Source: Hormiphora californensis (lineage: Eukaryota > Animalia > Ctenophora). From it: a DNA stretch of 64,000 nt. Under the pieces are notes generated by a model. It had not been told where the DNA came from and did not search any database. It worked only from the letters and a program-made list of their open reading frames with translations. Of this stretch, positions 1-10,977 are shown in pieces. Position numbers and translations under genes: made by a program. How positions within the stretch are numbered: the stretch's first letter is position 1; each line of letters opens with the position of its first letter. The stretch is from positions 5,828,001 through 5,892,000 of the forward strand of contig CM035358.1 in NCBI GenBank assembly GCA_020137815.1, given 5' to 3'.

Positions 1-907
1 ATGTGGTCAAAACGCGCATTTGTCCGATAGGAATCCTCCGTTTTGAGGGGTTTTGCGCGATTTTGTTAGGCGCTTTCAGGGAACGTGCACGCTTGCGTGT
101 GTTGGCAAACACCCTGGAAATTGTGTAGCAGTTGTAGGTAATCGTCTAAAGGTCATTTTGCCACCCATAACTTGGCTGAAAGTGCGGCAGGTTTTGGACA
201 GCACGGCATCAAAGTTCGTCCTATAGCCCAAAAACTGGCTTCTGTTCAAAGCGCAACCTAAATTTTGGTATCAAAGGAAAGCTAGGGGGCTAGAGATTAC
301 TATGCAACCTTTCCACCGCAACCGGTCCGATGCGGTCATGTATTAAATGCGACATTTATGCTAAAAAAGCACTTGTCAGCGCTGGTTTTACACGTAAAAA
401 CGCGCAACGAGGTTGGATCTTGGTCAAAATTGAGCGTCTACTGCGCGTTTTCTATGAAAATCACTAGATCTCGCGAGCCTATCGGACATGACCACATAGT
501 GGGCCGATGAATTAGATAGAATTCGGATAGATAGACATGGGTGGAATCTCAAATTTTGACAAGTAACTAAATTGTCATTTCACTTGATCGCTCTTCGTAT
601 GTATTTGAAATCTTGCCTAATAATGTAACACATAATTTGCGGGACCCCAACTTTCGAGTTTTAATAGCTGTTGTCGTTAATAGAAATTAAAAGAGACATT
701 TTGACAAATTTTGGTTTTAAAACTTTATTCCTCCATTTTCCCTATATTTTCCTGATAATTTGCTTGACCAAGTATTTTCTAGTGACAGTCACGGTCATTT
801 GTTTCCGCTCTCTTTCTTTGTAACTCTCTTCTTTTCTCTGTCTATCGCTCTCTCTTTGTGTATTACCCTCTTTCTCTCACTATATTGCCCCTATCATTTA
901 GAGAGTC

Positions 908-1009
908 ATGTCGGTCGCACTCAAAGTGGCATTTATTGGTTGTGGAGCGTTAATGCTACTCCTGATCATCATGATAGGACTACCCTTCCTGGTCCTCTAC
1001 TACGTCTAA
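908..1009 (+). CDS. 33-aa hydrophobic micro-ORF (candidate single-pass microprotein or uORF exon)
   Basis: MSVALKVAFIGCGALMLLLIIMIGLPFLVLYYV*. It is preceded by a pyrimidine tract and an AG acceptor (900-901) and followed by a GTAAC donor. Confidence 0.3.
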   Translation: MSVALKVAFIGCGALMLLLIIMIGLPFLVLYYV

Positions 1010-1123
1010 GGTAACTTGTATATCCATATTTGGTCATCTCCATTCTCCATATATGGTCATATCTAACCACTCTCTCCACACACGTACACCTCTTGAAGTA
1101 ATGTCACACACCCACCCCACACT

Positions 1124-4100
1124 ATGTTGCTGCACATTTCGTTGCTCATCCTCCTCCTCCTACCTCATGACGTCATCACCTCTGAACACCAATCCCAGAA
1201 CCTCCTGGACTATCCCGTCATCTTGTCCTCCCAACGGACCGGGATCCACCGGACTCTCACAACCCCCGCTACAATATCCAGCACCCCCAGACTAACCCTT
1301 ACTACATGGATCTACCTCCGGGGTCACTGCCCAGAGGAGGGGAATGAGAGATGTGCGGTGATTGGGAGAGTGAATGATAGAGGAGAGAGTCAGACTCCGA
1401 CACTGTTTCTCAACAAGGAAGGAAAGTTAGTGTTCGCTTCAAGAATTCAGCCCGGAAAAGCAGCCGATTTGGTGGTATCAGGATTCACCCTTCCTCTCCA
1501 CCAGTGGCTATCAGTAATGCTGACACTGAATGGTGGAACTGTTGAAGTGCTGGTTAGGGATTCCAAAACCGCGGAGCTGGGCAAGATGGGGTATCAGTTT
1601 GGGTCTGATTTCCAGTTGGTATACGGCAGGTATGAGTGGGTTCTGGGTGGGGATCTTTGGCATCTGAGTGTGGACGGAGCGATGGGTCTCACTGATGTTT
1701 ATGTGGACAGTGTGGTGGATGCAGGGCTGATCAAGTGGCCAAACCCAATACACTCCATCTTCAAACTTGGTAGGTTACCTTGGTTACCAAACCCAATTCA
1801 CCCCATCTTCAAACTTGGTAGGTTACCTTGGTTACCAAACCCAATTCACCCCATCTTCAAACTTGGTAGGTTACCTGTAAATGAGTGATGTAACATTTTA
1901 ACTGCTTCGTAAGCCCTCTCATAAAAGAGCGAAGAAATGTTTTAAGCAGACCCCTTCTAGAAACTCCCCAGTTGCAAGGACTGTCAAATAATTTCCAAGA
2001 GATTCATAACTTTCTGGGTCAGATATTTCTCGGTCAGAGGTCATAAGATGTGTTGCGCCATATCAAACGACTGAGGAATCGAACAACAGACAACAACGTA
2101 ATGAGATAACGAGAGTAAACTACTGAGCACTACAGCTAATATCCGCTACGGCTCTCTCTTTCTCTTCTCTCTCTTTCTTCAGTTATTAATCTCTCTCATC
2201 AACTTTATCTCTATTTCGTCTATTGTATGACGTTCTAACCAAGTTAAATTAAACGGATCCTCAAAACCCAAATAGCCATTACATATCATCCTTTCAATAT
2301 AAACTAGGTATATGTTTTGATTACGCAACTGTCGTTTAAATCCTAACTCGGATCGTGACCGGTTATCTTAGAACCAGTAACTAAGTCTGATAATATGCAA
2401 TTTCATATTTAACTACTGATAACCACTTCTAAGATCAAGTGACGTCTGAAGAAAGTGATTTCCCTCAGACACCCCCTTTTTAGGAGAAACTCTGACGTCC
2501 GATCAGATAGTAACTAGATAGAGGAGCGAGACAGTTTAGCAGCTAGCGAACATGTGCATAAGAATATTTAGCTTGTACTAGATAATACTCTAACAGGTCC
2601 CTACTTAATATTTAAAGTATGGGGAGAGGGAGGGAGATAGAGAAAGATAGATTAAGCTTGGGCTAAATAACTGCAACAAATGCCCATCTCCTCCCATTAG
2701 ATGACTAAACTTTATATTCAATATTATCATACTCTAACACGTGTGTCCCTCCCAGGTAACGGTACAGAACATGCCTGTGAGCAAATGAGATACAACCTGT
2801 GGACGCTCCTCCGCAAAAAGGAGTACTCCAAAGATGGGAAAATAATCCACCGATCAGAAGAAGAAAAACAGAGTTTTGAGGAAACTGTAATTAAAGTTGG
2901 CGACCAACTCCTGCTTCAAGCATACCCACTACTGAACCACGGGAAAGTGGTGGAAGGGTATAGATTGTTGGCCCAAGCGGAGTGTTATGGAAATCTAAAT
3001 GCCAGTTTTACGAGAGCTGTCATCGAGGCACCTGATCTGACCCCTGATGGTGGTTCCTTCCTTCAATCTTCACTTCACGGTCACATCTTATCCGATCTAG
3101 CGCTTGCATTCCGACACCGATTTGACACAGACTCCCAGGTACCAGTTGATTGTGAGTGTGCACTGGTCTACTACGAACGGCTTGCCCTGGCCGCACATGA
3201 TACAATCCATAACGCAACTCTACACAACGTCTGGGCAGAGAATGTCAGATTGAGTAGTGAAAAGGAGTTGTTTGACCAGGAGGGGGAGAAGAGTGAGGTT
3301 CACAGGAGGAACGTTGAGCTCGCTCTCGAAGGAGATGTAGACGCTCAGAAGAGGTTGGGGTCACAACACAGATGGGGTTCCCAGGGTCGGTCAAAGGATC
3401 TGGATAAAGCTTATCAATACTTCAAAGCTGCAGCTGATAAGGGTGACCCACAAGCGTTACACGAAGCTGCTTTGATGAAGATTAATGGTGAGGGCACCGC
3501 TCAAGATAAACCGGGTGGATTTGAAATGTTGGTGAAAGCAGCGGAAGCGGGTTTCATCGGCTCTCTTGGTGGACTTGGCTGGTATCACAGTGAGCATACT
3601 GGAGATCTGACAGAAGCTCTAAAGTTTTATAAACAGGGAGCCGAGGCAGGTGATAAAAACTCCATGTACTCTCTTGGTATGGTGTATGTTCGACCAGATT
3701 TCCCGGGCGGACCTCAACATGCCGAGGCGCTGGTTCAGTTCGAGCTAGCAGCATCTAAAGGACACCTTGCCGCTGCTCTTGAAGCAGGCTCACTCCACAA
3801 ATTTGGGGTTGGAACTATCAGGAGTTGTAATCATGCTGTGAGATACTACAGCTGGATAGCTATAAAACATGATACCCTGGCTAGGGTTACCCGAGATGCC
3901 CTTGATTACTATTTCCAGAAGGAGTACCAGAAAGCATTTATTCGGTACCAGTTTGCAGGTGAGGCGGGGTGTGAGGTGTCTCAGTATAACGCAGCGTATA
4001 TTAGCGAGCTGGAGAGCAGCAAAACGTTCCATCCAAGCCCCCATGCCACTCTATACTACTATTCTATGTCCGCATTACAAGACAACAAACAGGCTATCAC

Positions 4101-5271
4101 GGCTCTCAGACTTTACAACCTCAATCTCGCAGCTGTGGACCGGGAAAAGGGCACAACGAAACTGCGGAGTGTCTCAAAGCCGGAAATCAAGTTCCGGGGT
4201 CACATTCACGAGATAATAACATCCGATCAGACGGAGTACAACGTCAGTATTGAGTACTCTAGTTCGGATAGGATGGTCGTGGGGGTGGAGTTCGCTTCGC
4301 TCGCCACGGACGGGTCAACACTACGGACTTGGACTCAAAAGATCATTCTGGCCGGTAAGAACACGTATAAGTCAAGGGCCAAGGCACGGTTACCCCTCCC
4401 TAGGAACCTACTTCACTTGCAGGATCGTGAGAATAATCTACTGGCCCAGAAAGTCGTTCTGCGGTGCTGGATCAGTAACATCGATACGTGGTCCGAGGAG
4501 GAAAGCAGTGCGTACGAATACGCTAAGGATAGAGATTGGATCGAAGTGATCGGACCCTGGACACCCAGATCAAAGGTGGAAGGAACGACAATGTGTCCAT
4601 CTTTTACCAGTTGGTTACTAGAATTCCAGTCGGTCAAGTTCCCGCAGTGTCCCGTGAAGCGGGAATGGGAGAACAAGGGGTTTCCGTTTATAATGAGTGG
4701 GGGTGGGAGATGTGGTGTGGCTATCAAGGATCCTGAGGTGTTCCCGGAGACCGATAATACTGTCACAATATCACTCTGGGTGAAATTAATGAACAAATGT
4801 CAGAAGGATTTGTGCAGTTTGGTGTATAGGTTTGATGATAAGGGACGCCTTTATTCCCCTCTTATCACCGTGGATCGGAAGATGCGGATCCAGGTGACGG
4901 TTTATTTTGGTGATGATGGGAAAATAGCCACCCTGGACCAGGGTATTGCCCTTGGAAAGTGGACTCATATCGCAATTTCGATACGAGATACTACTCTGGT
5001 GGGGTGTGTGGCGGTAATCAACCAGAAGAGCTCCTGTCAGTATTGGAAGTTTGCCAAGCCCATCCGATATGATGAGAATGAGGGGTTTTGGTTCTTGGGT
5101 GGAAATTATTATCTCCCGGCTGCTACCGGTTATTTCGGGAGTTTGAGGATCTACAGGGATGTGTTTTATGATAGTGACCGTCTCATGGGGTCAATTGGTC
5201 AGCCTGATAATGCACACGTGATGTGGGACACTAATACACGGAAGGGTTATCAAATGTGTCGTCAGAACTGA
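1124..5271 (+). CDS. SEL1L3-like protein (signal peptide, LamG, SEL1 repeats, second N-domain plus LamG); join(1124..1769,2756..5271)
   Basis: Signal peptide MLLHISLLILLLLP; LamG-like segments; SEL1 repeats (AYQYFKAAADKGDPQA, ALKFYKQGAEAGDKNS, AGCEVSQYNAAY). The phase-1 GT-AG intron joins the two ORFs in frame. Confidence 0.75.
1733..1876 (+). repeat. 48-bp tandem repeat x3 spanning the exon 1 splice donor
   Basis: Unit tggttaccaaacccaattcaccccatcttcaaacttggtaggttacct; each copy carries G|GTAGG. Confidence 0.9.
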
Positions 5272-5582
5272 GAAAAAGAAGAGAGATACTGAGAAAAGGC
5301 TGATCAGAAATTTTTGATGAGAGGGATAAAACTAATGAATCATTGTTGGGATTGTTTTGTGTCAGATTTAAAGTTGACTGTTTTTCACAAAATCCCTTCC
5401 TTTTTGTTTATTTCACAACCAACGTATCTAGAATACGGTGTTCCCTCTCCTTTTATCCCAATTCTTGGTTTTCTCTTGCACATGCACTTTCAATCTCTTG
5501 CACACAAGAGTTTTTATGAAAGTTGTGAGGGGCACAGTGAAACAGGGCCAATCAAGAGAAACTGTACGGTACTCCAACTTAC

Positions 5583-6094
5583 ATCAGGGGACAATATTGC
5601 CTGGATCTCGTATGCCCTCAGTAGCATGGCTCTGACTTGCATCCTCCTAGAATTATCACATCTTCCGGCCTGCATCTCGGCTAGTGCTAGTTCGTACTCC
5701 TGTATAGCAGCCTCTAGTTTTAAATTCCCAGACTCAATCTTAGATAGAATACTCTCGTCCGAGACTGAACCTCCTGCCTTTCCTGATAGCGAAACGATTA
5801 GTAATTACCTGGACCCTCACAGAGCTTATTGAGCTATACCTGGTAACCGGAAAATGTATCTGAGTTTACACAATTGATATTCAATCGAATGCTATACTCC
5901 TAACAACATTAACTAATATATCTTGCTCTGCCCCCTGTTTCTACTTGTAACTTCTACTCACCATGCTTATCCCTGTGATAGTAATATTCTAACAGAAGAG
6001 CGAGGGCGCCCGTTCCTGCCACTAGGAGGGAGAACGTTATCCTACTGTCCCTCGGAAGCAAGGCAGTTAACCCAGCGGGTATTAGGCTTGACAT
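5583..6094 (-). CDS. Mitoguardin (MIGA/FAM73)-like N-terminal part; exons 6094..5962 and 5782..5583, 3' end unresolved
   Basis: MSSLIPAG...FSLLVAGTGALALLLEYYYHRDKH|GKAGG...GNLKLEAAIQEYELAL...MLLRAYEIQ. GTGAGT donor, TACTAAT branch point, in-phase splice. Resembles the MIGA TM anchor and the E(E/A)A..W/YE.AL...LL.RAY..Q motif. Confidence 0.55.
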
Positions 6095-6632
6095 TTCACA
6101 TTTTATCAGCTCTCAACCTAATTATTTTCTGTATTAGAAATTAAGAAAATAAATCGGGTCAAATAAAACAGTTCCCCCATGAATAAATGGAAACCCCGTG
6201 ACCCATCCATTGCAAAAGTCAAAATGGTGGCCATTTAGATTTTTCCGGCCAAACTTTGACCGCCAAAGCTCTGTTATTTTACACTTTATCCTTAAGTAGT
6301 ACTAGTTTTTGTAACATTTCAGCATATCTAGAATAATTTAGGAAGCCTGGGGGCTGGGGTAGCCCTCCGCGCGTTTTGAGCTGTGATTGGTGGGCGTGAC
6401 TTGATTGTGCATGACTTAAACATTTCCGAGGGGCCTCATCAACTTCAAAAACCGAAAAAAAAACAGGAAAGGCTGATTTTTCACTTCTAAAGTCCAATTT
6501 TTTATTTAAGCGACAGGCCGCCGCGCATCAAAATGCAGCGCTTGAAATCGATTTCCGGTTCCTGATGAGCTAGCGACTTTTTCTTAGTGCCATTGGAAAG
6601 ATAAAAATTTTATCTTTCCAACGCATTTTATC

Positions 6633-6673
6633 TTTCAAACTTTTCAACACTACTTTAAACAAATTAATTTGAG
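6633..6673 (+). other. Ctenophore spliced-leader exon copy (SL variant 1) forming the LINE 5' end
   Basis: TTTCAAACTTTTCAACACTACTTTAAACAAATTAATTTGAG directly abuts the ORF1 ATG. An identical 40-mer lies at 17072-17111. It matches the Pleurobrachia SL as recalled. Confidence 0.85.
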
Positions 6674-8074
6674 ATGCCAGATATGACAAATATGGCTACA
6701 CCTACTGATGACAAAAGTGATGGTAATGCCCTTGCCGTTGGAAATCTTGTAAACGCAGCAGATCCCCTTACCAAAAAGATCCTGTCTGCCTACCGCCATG
6801 ATGTGGATTACACCAAGAATCTAGACATCATCCGCACATTCAACTGTGCTCACCTGGAAGCCGCTGCATCGTTTTTCGGTGCATCCCCCGGCTCACATGC
6901 AGATAAAACTAAGCGGTACCAGAACCGCACTACACTAGCCGACTACATCATCATTCAGCTGGAAAGTCATTTTCCTTGTGACTGTGAGGGCTGTGGCGAA
7001 GGGTATGCAGTTAAACCAGGTGAATCTCCTCGTGTCCGCTGTTTTCTTTGCCAGCAGGGGTCTCATGATTGCGAGGCTATGGATGGCACCCTTGGGTCAT
7101 TGACGGGGTCGGTCTGGTTGTGTCTGCCGTGCAAGGACAAAAACAACAAAATTGAAACCTTCATGTGCAACCGAAGTGCTGAAGATCCAGAATCAGTGTT
7201 ATCTGATGAGGAATACGAGTTCAAAATCAGTCCGAAGGCAGGCCGTAGCGGTAAGAAGAAGAGGAAGAAGAAACAAGCTCCTGTCAAGAAAGATCCTGAT
7301 GATCTGGTAACTCCTGTTGGTGGAGTGACAGTTCTAAAAGATGTGGATCTTGGAGACATATCTTCTGATGGAGAGGTGAAACCCCAAGGTGTTCCTAAAT
7401 TCAGCAATGTTTGTGAACGTTATCTACTGAGAGACTGTCCCCATGGCCCAAATGGTGACAAGTTGATCAGTGGTAAGCCTTGCAGCAAGGAACATCCTCA
7501 GAGATGCCTCCGTTATTGTCAGTTCGGAACGGCAACTCGTTCTGGGTGTAACTATGGTGACCAGTGCCAGGATTTTCACCCACCTCTCTGCCATAAGTCT
7601 GAGATCTCCCGAGTCTGTACCGACAAAGAATGTAAAGACACACATTTAAAGAACACTCGGAGAAGTGAAGTAGCCCCTACCAAGGGTAATTCATTGAAGA
7701 CTGCTGGTAACAAAACCAGTGGTGTCCCTCAGAAAGTGGAGCAGAAAGAGACCCCTCGCTCAGCTCCTCCAAACCCAAAGAAGAAGAAGAAGATTAACAA
7801 AACTGAGACCGATCCCCGTGCCGCGACCAATGACATCCGTTCACAAGAGGATTTTCTCATGGCATTGATGGCCTCAGTGAGGGACGAGATTCTTCGAGAA
7901 GTAAAGACGTCACTGAACTCATCTCTACAGTCCTTCAGGGAAGAGATGACGAGGGAACACACACCCCGGCCCAAACATCTGACACTCACACAACCAGGCC
8001 TGAACACCCCGACCAACTACCAAGGGGTTCTGGAACGGTTTCGGAATTACTCCTCATCAACGCCCGCAGTTTAA
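6674..8074 (+). CDS. LINE ORF1 protein (PHD-like finger, CCCH-type zinc fingers, Lys-rich)
   Basis: CDCEGC...VRCFLCQQGSHDC...WLCLPC; CERYLLRDCPHG...CSKEHP, CLRYCQFG..CNYGDQCQDFHP. Confidence 0.85.
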   Translation: MPDMTNMATPTDDKSDGNALAVGNLVNAADPLTKKILSAYRHDVDYTKNLDIIRTFNCAHLEAAASFFGASPGSHADKTKRYQNRTTLADYIIIQLESHFPCDCEGCGEGYAVKPGESPRVRCFLCQQGSHDCEAMDGTLGSLTGSVWLCLPCKDKNNKIETFMCNRSAEDPESVLSDEEYEFKISPKAGRSGKKKRKKKQAPVKKDPDDLVTPVGGVTVLKDVDLGDISSDGEVKPQGVPKFSNVCERYLLRDCPHGPNGDKLISGKPCSKEHPQRCLRYCQFGTATRSGCNYGDQCQDFHPPLCHKSEISRVCTDKECKDTHLKNTRRSEVAPTKGNSLKTAGNKTSGVPQKVEQKETPRSAPPNPKKKKKINKTETDPRAATNDIRSQEDFLMALMASVRDEILREVKTSLNSSLQSFREEMTREHTPRPKHLTLTQPGLNTPTNYQGVLERFRNYSSSTPAV

Positions 8075-10977
8075 CGCCTTCCGCGGCTAGTGACTGTCGG
8101 TGGAAGTTTTCTTTTATCAAGGACTCACTGGAGAATCCGTCAATACCCATCCTTTGCACCGGTATTACGGAGACCTGGTGGCATGATGATTTCTCTGATG
8201 CCCAATTGGAGATTGAAGGCTTTCACCTAACTCGTTGTGACAGAGCGGGTAGAAGAGGTGGCGGTTGTGCACTCTACATTAACAATCAACTGACCCCTTC
8301 CTCTGAGTTCAGATTCTCAGACACGTCCAATAGTGCGGCTGCTGTATACATCAAGGAGACTCACTCGGTTTTCTGTGTTGTGTACAGGGCGCCATCTTCC
8401 CCTGCGAATGATCTTTTTGATGATCTATCCCGTTTCATTGATCAGTGCGAACTCGACAAGGGTTGTCCTGACATCTATGTCATGGGCGACTTCAATATGC
8501 CAGACATAGACTGGGGGACACTCACTGGAGGACCTAGCTCACAGATGCTACTAAAATTTGTGAACTCATATTTTCTCACTCAGCTTGTTGACTCTCCAAC
8601 ACGGGGCTTGAATATTCTAGACCTCGTTCTCACCAACCGGCCAGACTATGTCTTCAAAACTGAGGTATCGGAGTCGTGTATTTCTGACCATAATATGATC
8701 AGCTCTACACTTGGGTTTGGTATCTTACCCACTCGTCAATCAGACCATCGATTCACAGACTTTGATATTTACAACTTTCACGAGGCTAACTTCCCTGAAA
8801 TGTGTAGGGAGTTGGACCAGATCGACTGGATAGCACTCGCCGACATCTGCGATGACGGTGATGGTTCTGATTTCGTTCAACTTTTCACCCTGACTGTTCT
8901 ACAGGTCTTATCTCACCACTCTCGTAAGAAGAAGGCCCGTAAAAAAAGAAGGGACCCTATTCTCAGGAAATTGAAAGTGAAACAGCGGAGTTTGAATAAA
9001 CGGATTACTCTTGCCCGGCAGAATAAACCTCACCTTTTGCCACAGCTAGAGGTTGGTGTTTCCAGAATTACTTGGGCCATCTTGTGTCACATTTCTCAGC
9101 GACTTGATTCTGATGAAAACGAGGCGTTGATAAAACTCAAAGCTAACCCAAAATTCTTCTGGTCATACGCCAACCGAAAGAGGAAGACCCGGTCACGTAT
9201 ACCTCCTTTACAGAAAAGTGATGGGTCACTTACGGACGTTCCCGAGATGAAGGCAGAACTATTTCAATCACAATTTACCTCTGTTTTCAGCACTCCTTCA
9301 AACTCCCCTTCAGCAGCTGCAGACAACATTACTCCTTCTACATGCAGCCTTTCAGACATCGTTTTCTCCACCGCTGATATTGAAAAGGCACTACATGACC
9401 TCAATCCCTATTCAGCCGGCCCTCCAGGAGATGTACCTGCCAGAATTTTACGTGACTGCCGATCATCGCTGTCCTACCCCCTATCCATCTTATGGGCCAA
9501 ATCGTTTGATTCTGGTATTGTACCACCCTGTCTGAAACTTCAGTACATTGCACCCCTCTACAAAAAGGGTCCTAAAATGAAAGCTGAAAATTACCGCCCG
9601 ATCTCCCTCACCAGTCACATTGCCAAGACATTTGAACGGGTTGTAAGATCTCAAATGGTGTCATACTTTGAATCAGAGAACTTGTTTAACGAGTCTCAGC
9701 ATGGGTTTAGAAGCAAGAGGAGCTGCTTATCCCAACTCACTCGTCACATTGACAATATTCTGAACAATCTCAACGACCTTCTTGAAGTGGATGTAATCTA
9801 CTTGGACTTCGAGAAGGCGTTTGATAAAGTTGACATCGGTATACTTCTCGAAAAGCTGCAGAGATATGGAGTTAAGGGCAAACTCCTTGAATGGATCCGC
9901 AGCTTCCTACTAGACCGGAAACAAACGGTCTTAGTCGACGGCGTAGCGTCTTCTTTTGCAGAAGTCAGAAGTGGGGTCCCACAAGGGACTGTTCTCGGTC
10001 CACTTTTATTTCTGATTTATGTAATTGACCTGGAATCCGTAATCAAACACGGTTCTTCTTTGTCGTTCGCTGATGACACTAAAATCTTCTCTGCTATCCG
10101 TACTATGGTTGACAAATTGAACCTACAGGAGGATCTGAACAGTGTGATAACCTGGGCTGACGCTAACAATATGTCCTTGCACCAGTCAAAGTTCGAGGTC
10201 ATGAATTTCACCCTGAATCACACCAGTTCGCTTAGAGAAGTACCGTTCAGTGCTGAGAACTATTCCTATCAACTGTCTGATGGGAGGTTCATCGATCCAA
10301 CAGACACTGTCCGAGACTTAGGTGTTCTACTCTCGAGTGATGGTCAATGGTCGGCCCAAATATCTCGAGTTGTTACCACGGCTAGTCGGGTTGCTGGATG
10401 GACGTTAAGTGCATTTAGATCCAGAACTCGCCGCACCATGATGACTCTTTACAAGTCACTGGTGCGTCCCCATCTTGACTACTGTTGCACACTGTGGTCA
10501 CCTTCCAAAAATGGGGATATCAGTCGTGTTGAGGATATTCAACGATCTTACACCCGTAAGATCGTTGGTCTCAAGGGGCTGAACTACTGGCAACGTCTTC
10601 AAACCCTGGGACTTTTGTCGCTTCAGCGCCGACGAGAGAGGTACACTATGATTCTTGTGTGGAAAGTGTACAACAATGAGATACCCAACAGTACTGACAT
10701 GTGTTTCGTCGACAGTCACCGCTCTGGCCCTAGAGCTGTCGTCCCTCGATACTCGTACGAGGCTCAACGATCTATCTTGTCGCTATATGAACAATCATTT
10801 GCGGTACTGGGGGCAAGGTTGTGGAACACTTTGCCTCGATCTGTAAAGGAGGCCCCAACTCTTTATCAGTTCAAATCTCAGCTAGGTAGTTTCCTCTCTA
10901 CCATTCCGGATACACCCCCCATCAGCGGTTATCCTGCTCAAGCAAACAGCAACTCAATACTAGAGTGGTGTCCATGA
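7834..10977 (+). CDS. LINE ORF2: APE endonuclease plus reverse transcriptase (frame open from 7834, overlapping ORF1)
   Basis: APE motifs LLINARSL, GITETW, VVYRAP, MGDFN, LDLVLTN, SDH. RT motifs YRPISLTS, QHGF, YLDFEKAFD, GVPQGTVLGP, FADD. No stops. Confidence 0.95.
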   Translation, partial: HPFTRGFSHGIDGLSEGRDSSRSKDVTELISTVLQGRDDEGTHTPAQTSDTHTTRPEHPDQLPRGSGTVSELLLINARSLTPSAASDCRWKFSFIKDSLENPSIPILCTGITETWWHDDFSDAQLEIEGFHLTRCDRAGRRGGGCALYINNQLTPSSEFRFSDTSNSAAAVYIKETHSVFCVVYRAPSSPANDLFDDLSRFIDQCELDKGCPDIYVMGDFNMPDIDWGTLTGGPSSQMLLKFVNSYFLTQLVDSPTRGLNILDLVLTNRPDYVFKTEVSESCISDHNMISSTLGFGILPTRQSDHRFTDFDIYNFHEANFPEMCRELDQIDWIALADICDDGDGSDFVQLFTLTVLQVLSHHSRKKKARKKRRDPILRKLKVKQRSLNKRITLARQNKPHLLPQLEVGVSRITWAILCHISQRLDSDENEALIKLKANPKFFWSYANRKRKTRSRIPPLQKSDGSLTDVPEMKAELFQSQFTSVFSTPSNSPSAAADNITPSTCSLSDIVFSTADIEKALHDLNPYSAGPPGDVPARILRDCRSSLSYPLSILWAKSFDSGIVPPCLKLQYIAPLYKKGPKMKAENYRPISLTSHIAKTFERVVRSQMVSYFESENLFNESQHGFRSKRSCLSQLTRHIDNILNNLNDLLEVDVIYLDFEKAFDKVDIGILLEKLQRYGVKGKLLEWIRSFLLDRKQTVLVDGVASSFAEVRSGVPQGTVLGPLLFLIYVIDLESVIKHGSSLSFADDTKIFSAIRTMVDKLNLQEDLNSVITWADANNMSLHQSKFEVMNFTLNHTSSLREVPFSAENYSYQLSDGRFIDPTDTVRDLGVLLSSDGQWSAQISRVVTTASRVAGWTLSAFRSRTRRTMMTLYKSLVRPHLDYCCTLWSPSKNGDISRVEDIQRSYTRKIVGLKGLNYWQRLQTLGLLSLQRRRERYTMILVWKVYNNEIPNSTDMCFVDSHRSGPRAVVPRYSYEAQRSILSLYEQSFAVLGARLWNTLPRSVKEAPTLYQFKSQLGSFLSTIPDTPPISGYPAQANSNSILEWCP

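Noticed and set aside
1-720. Gene or defined transposon at the window start
   Set aside because: Only imperfect hairpin modules; no ORF, termini or TSD can be fixed within the window.
2701-2755. ATG at 2701 as a gene start
   Set aside because: It lies in the intron; the acceptor at 2755 splices in frame to the signal-peptide exon.
5314-5832. 172-aa plus-strand ORF
   Set aside because: Starts at TTG and is the antisense shadow of the MIGA-like exon.
6633-6700. SL RNA gene
   Set aside because: None of the three SL copies is followed by a GT donor and Sm-site intron; each runs into LINE sequence.
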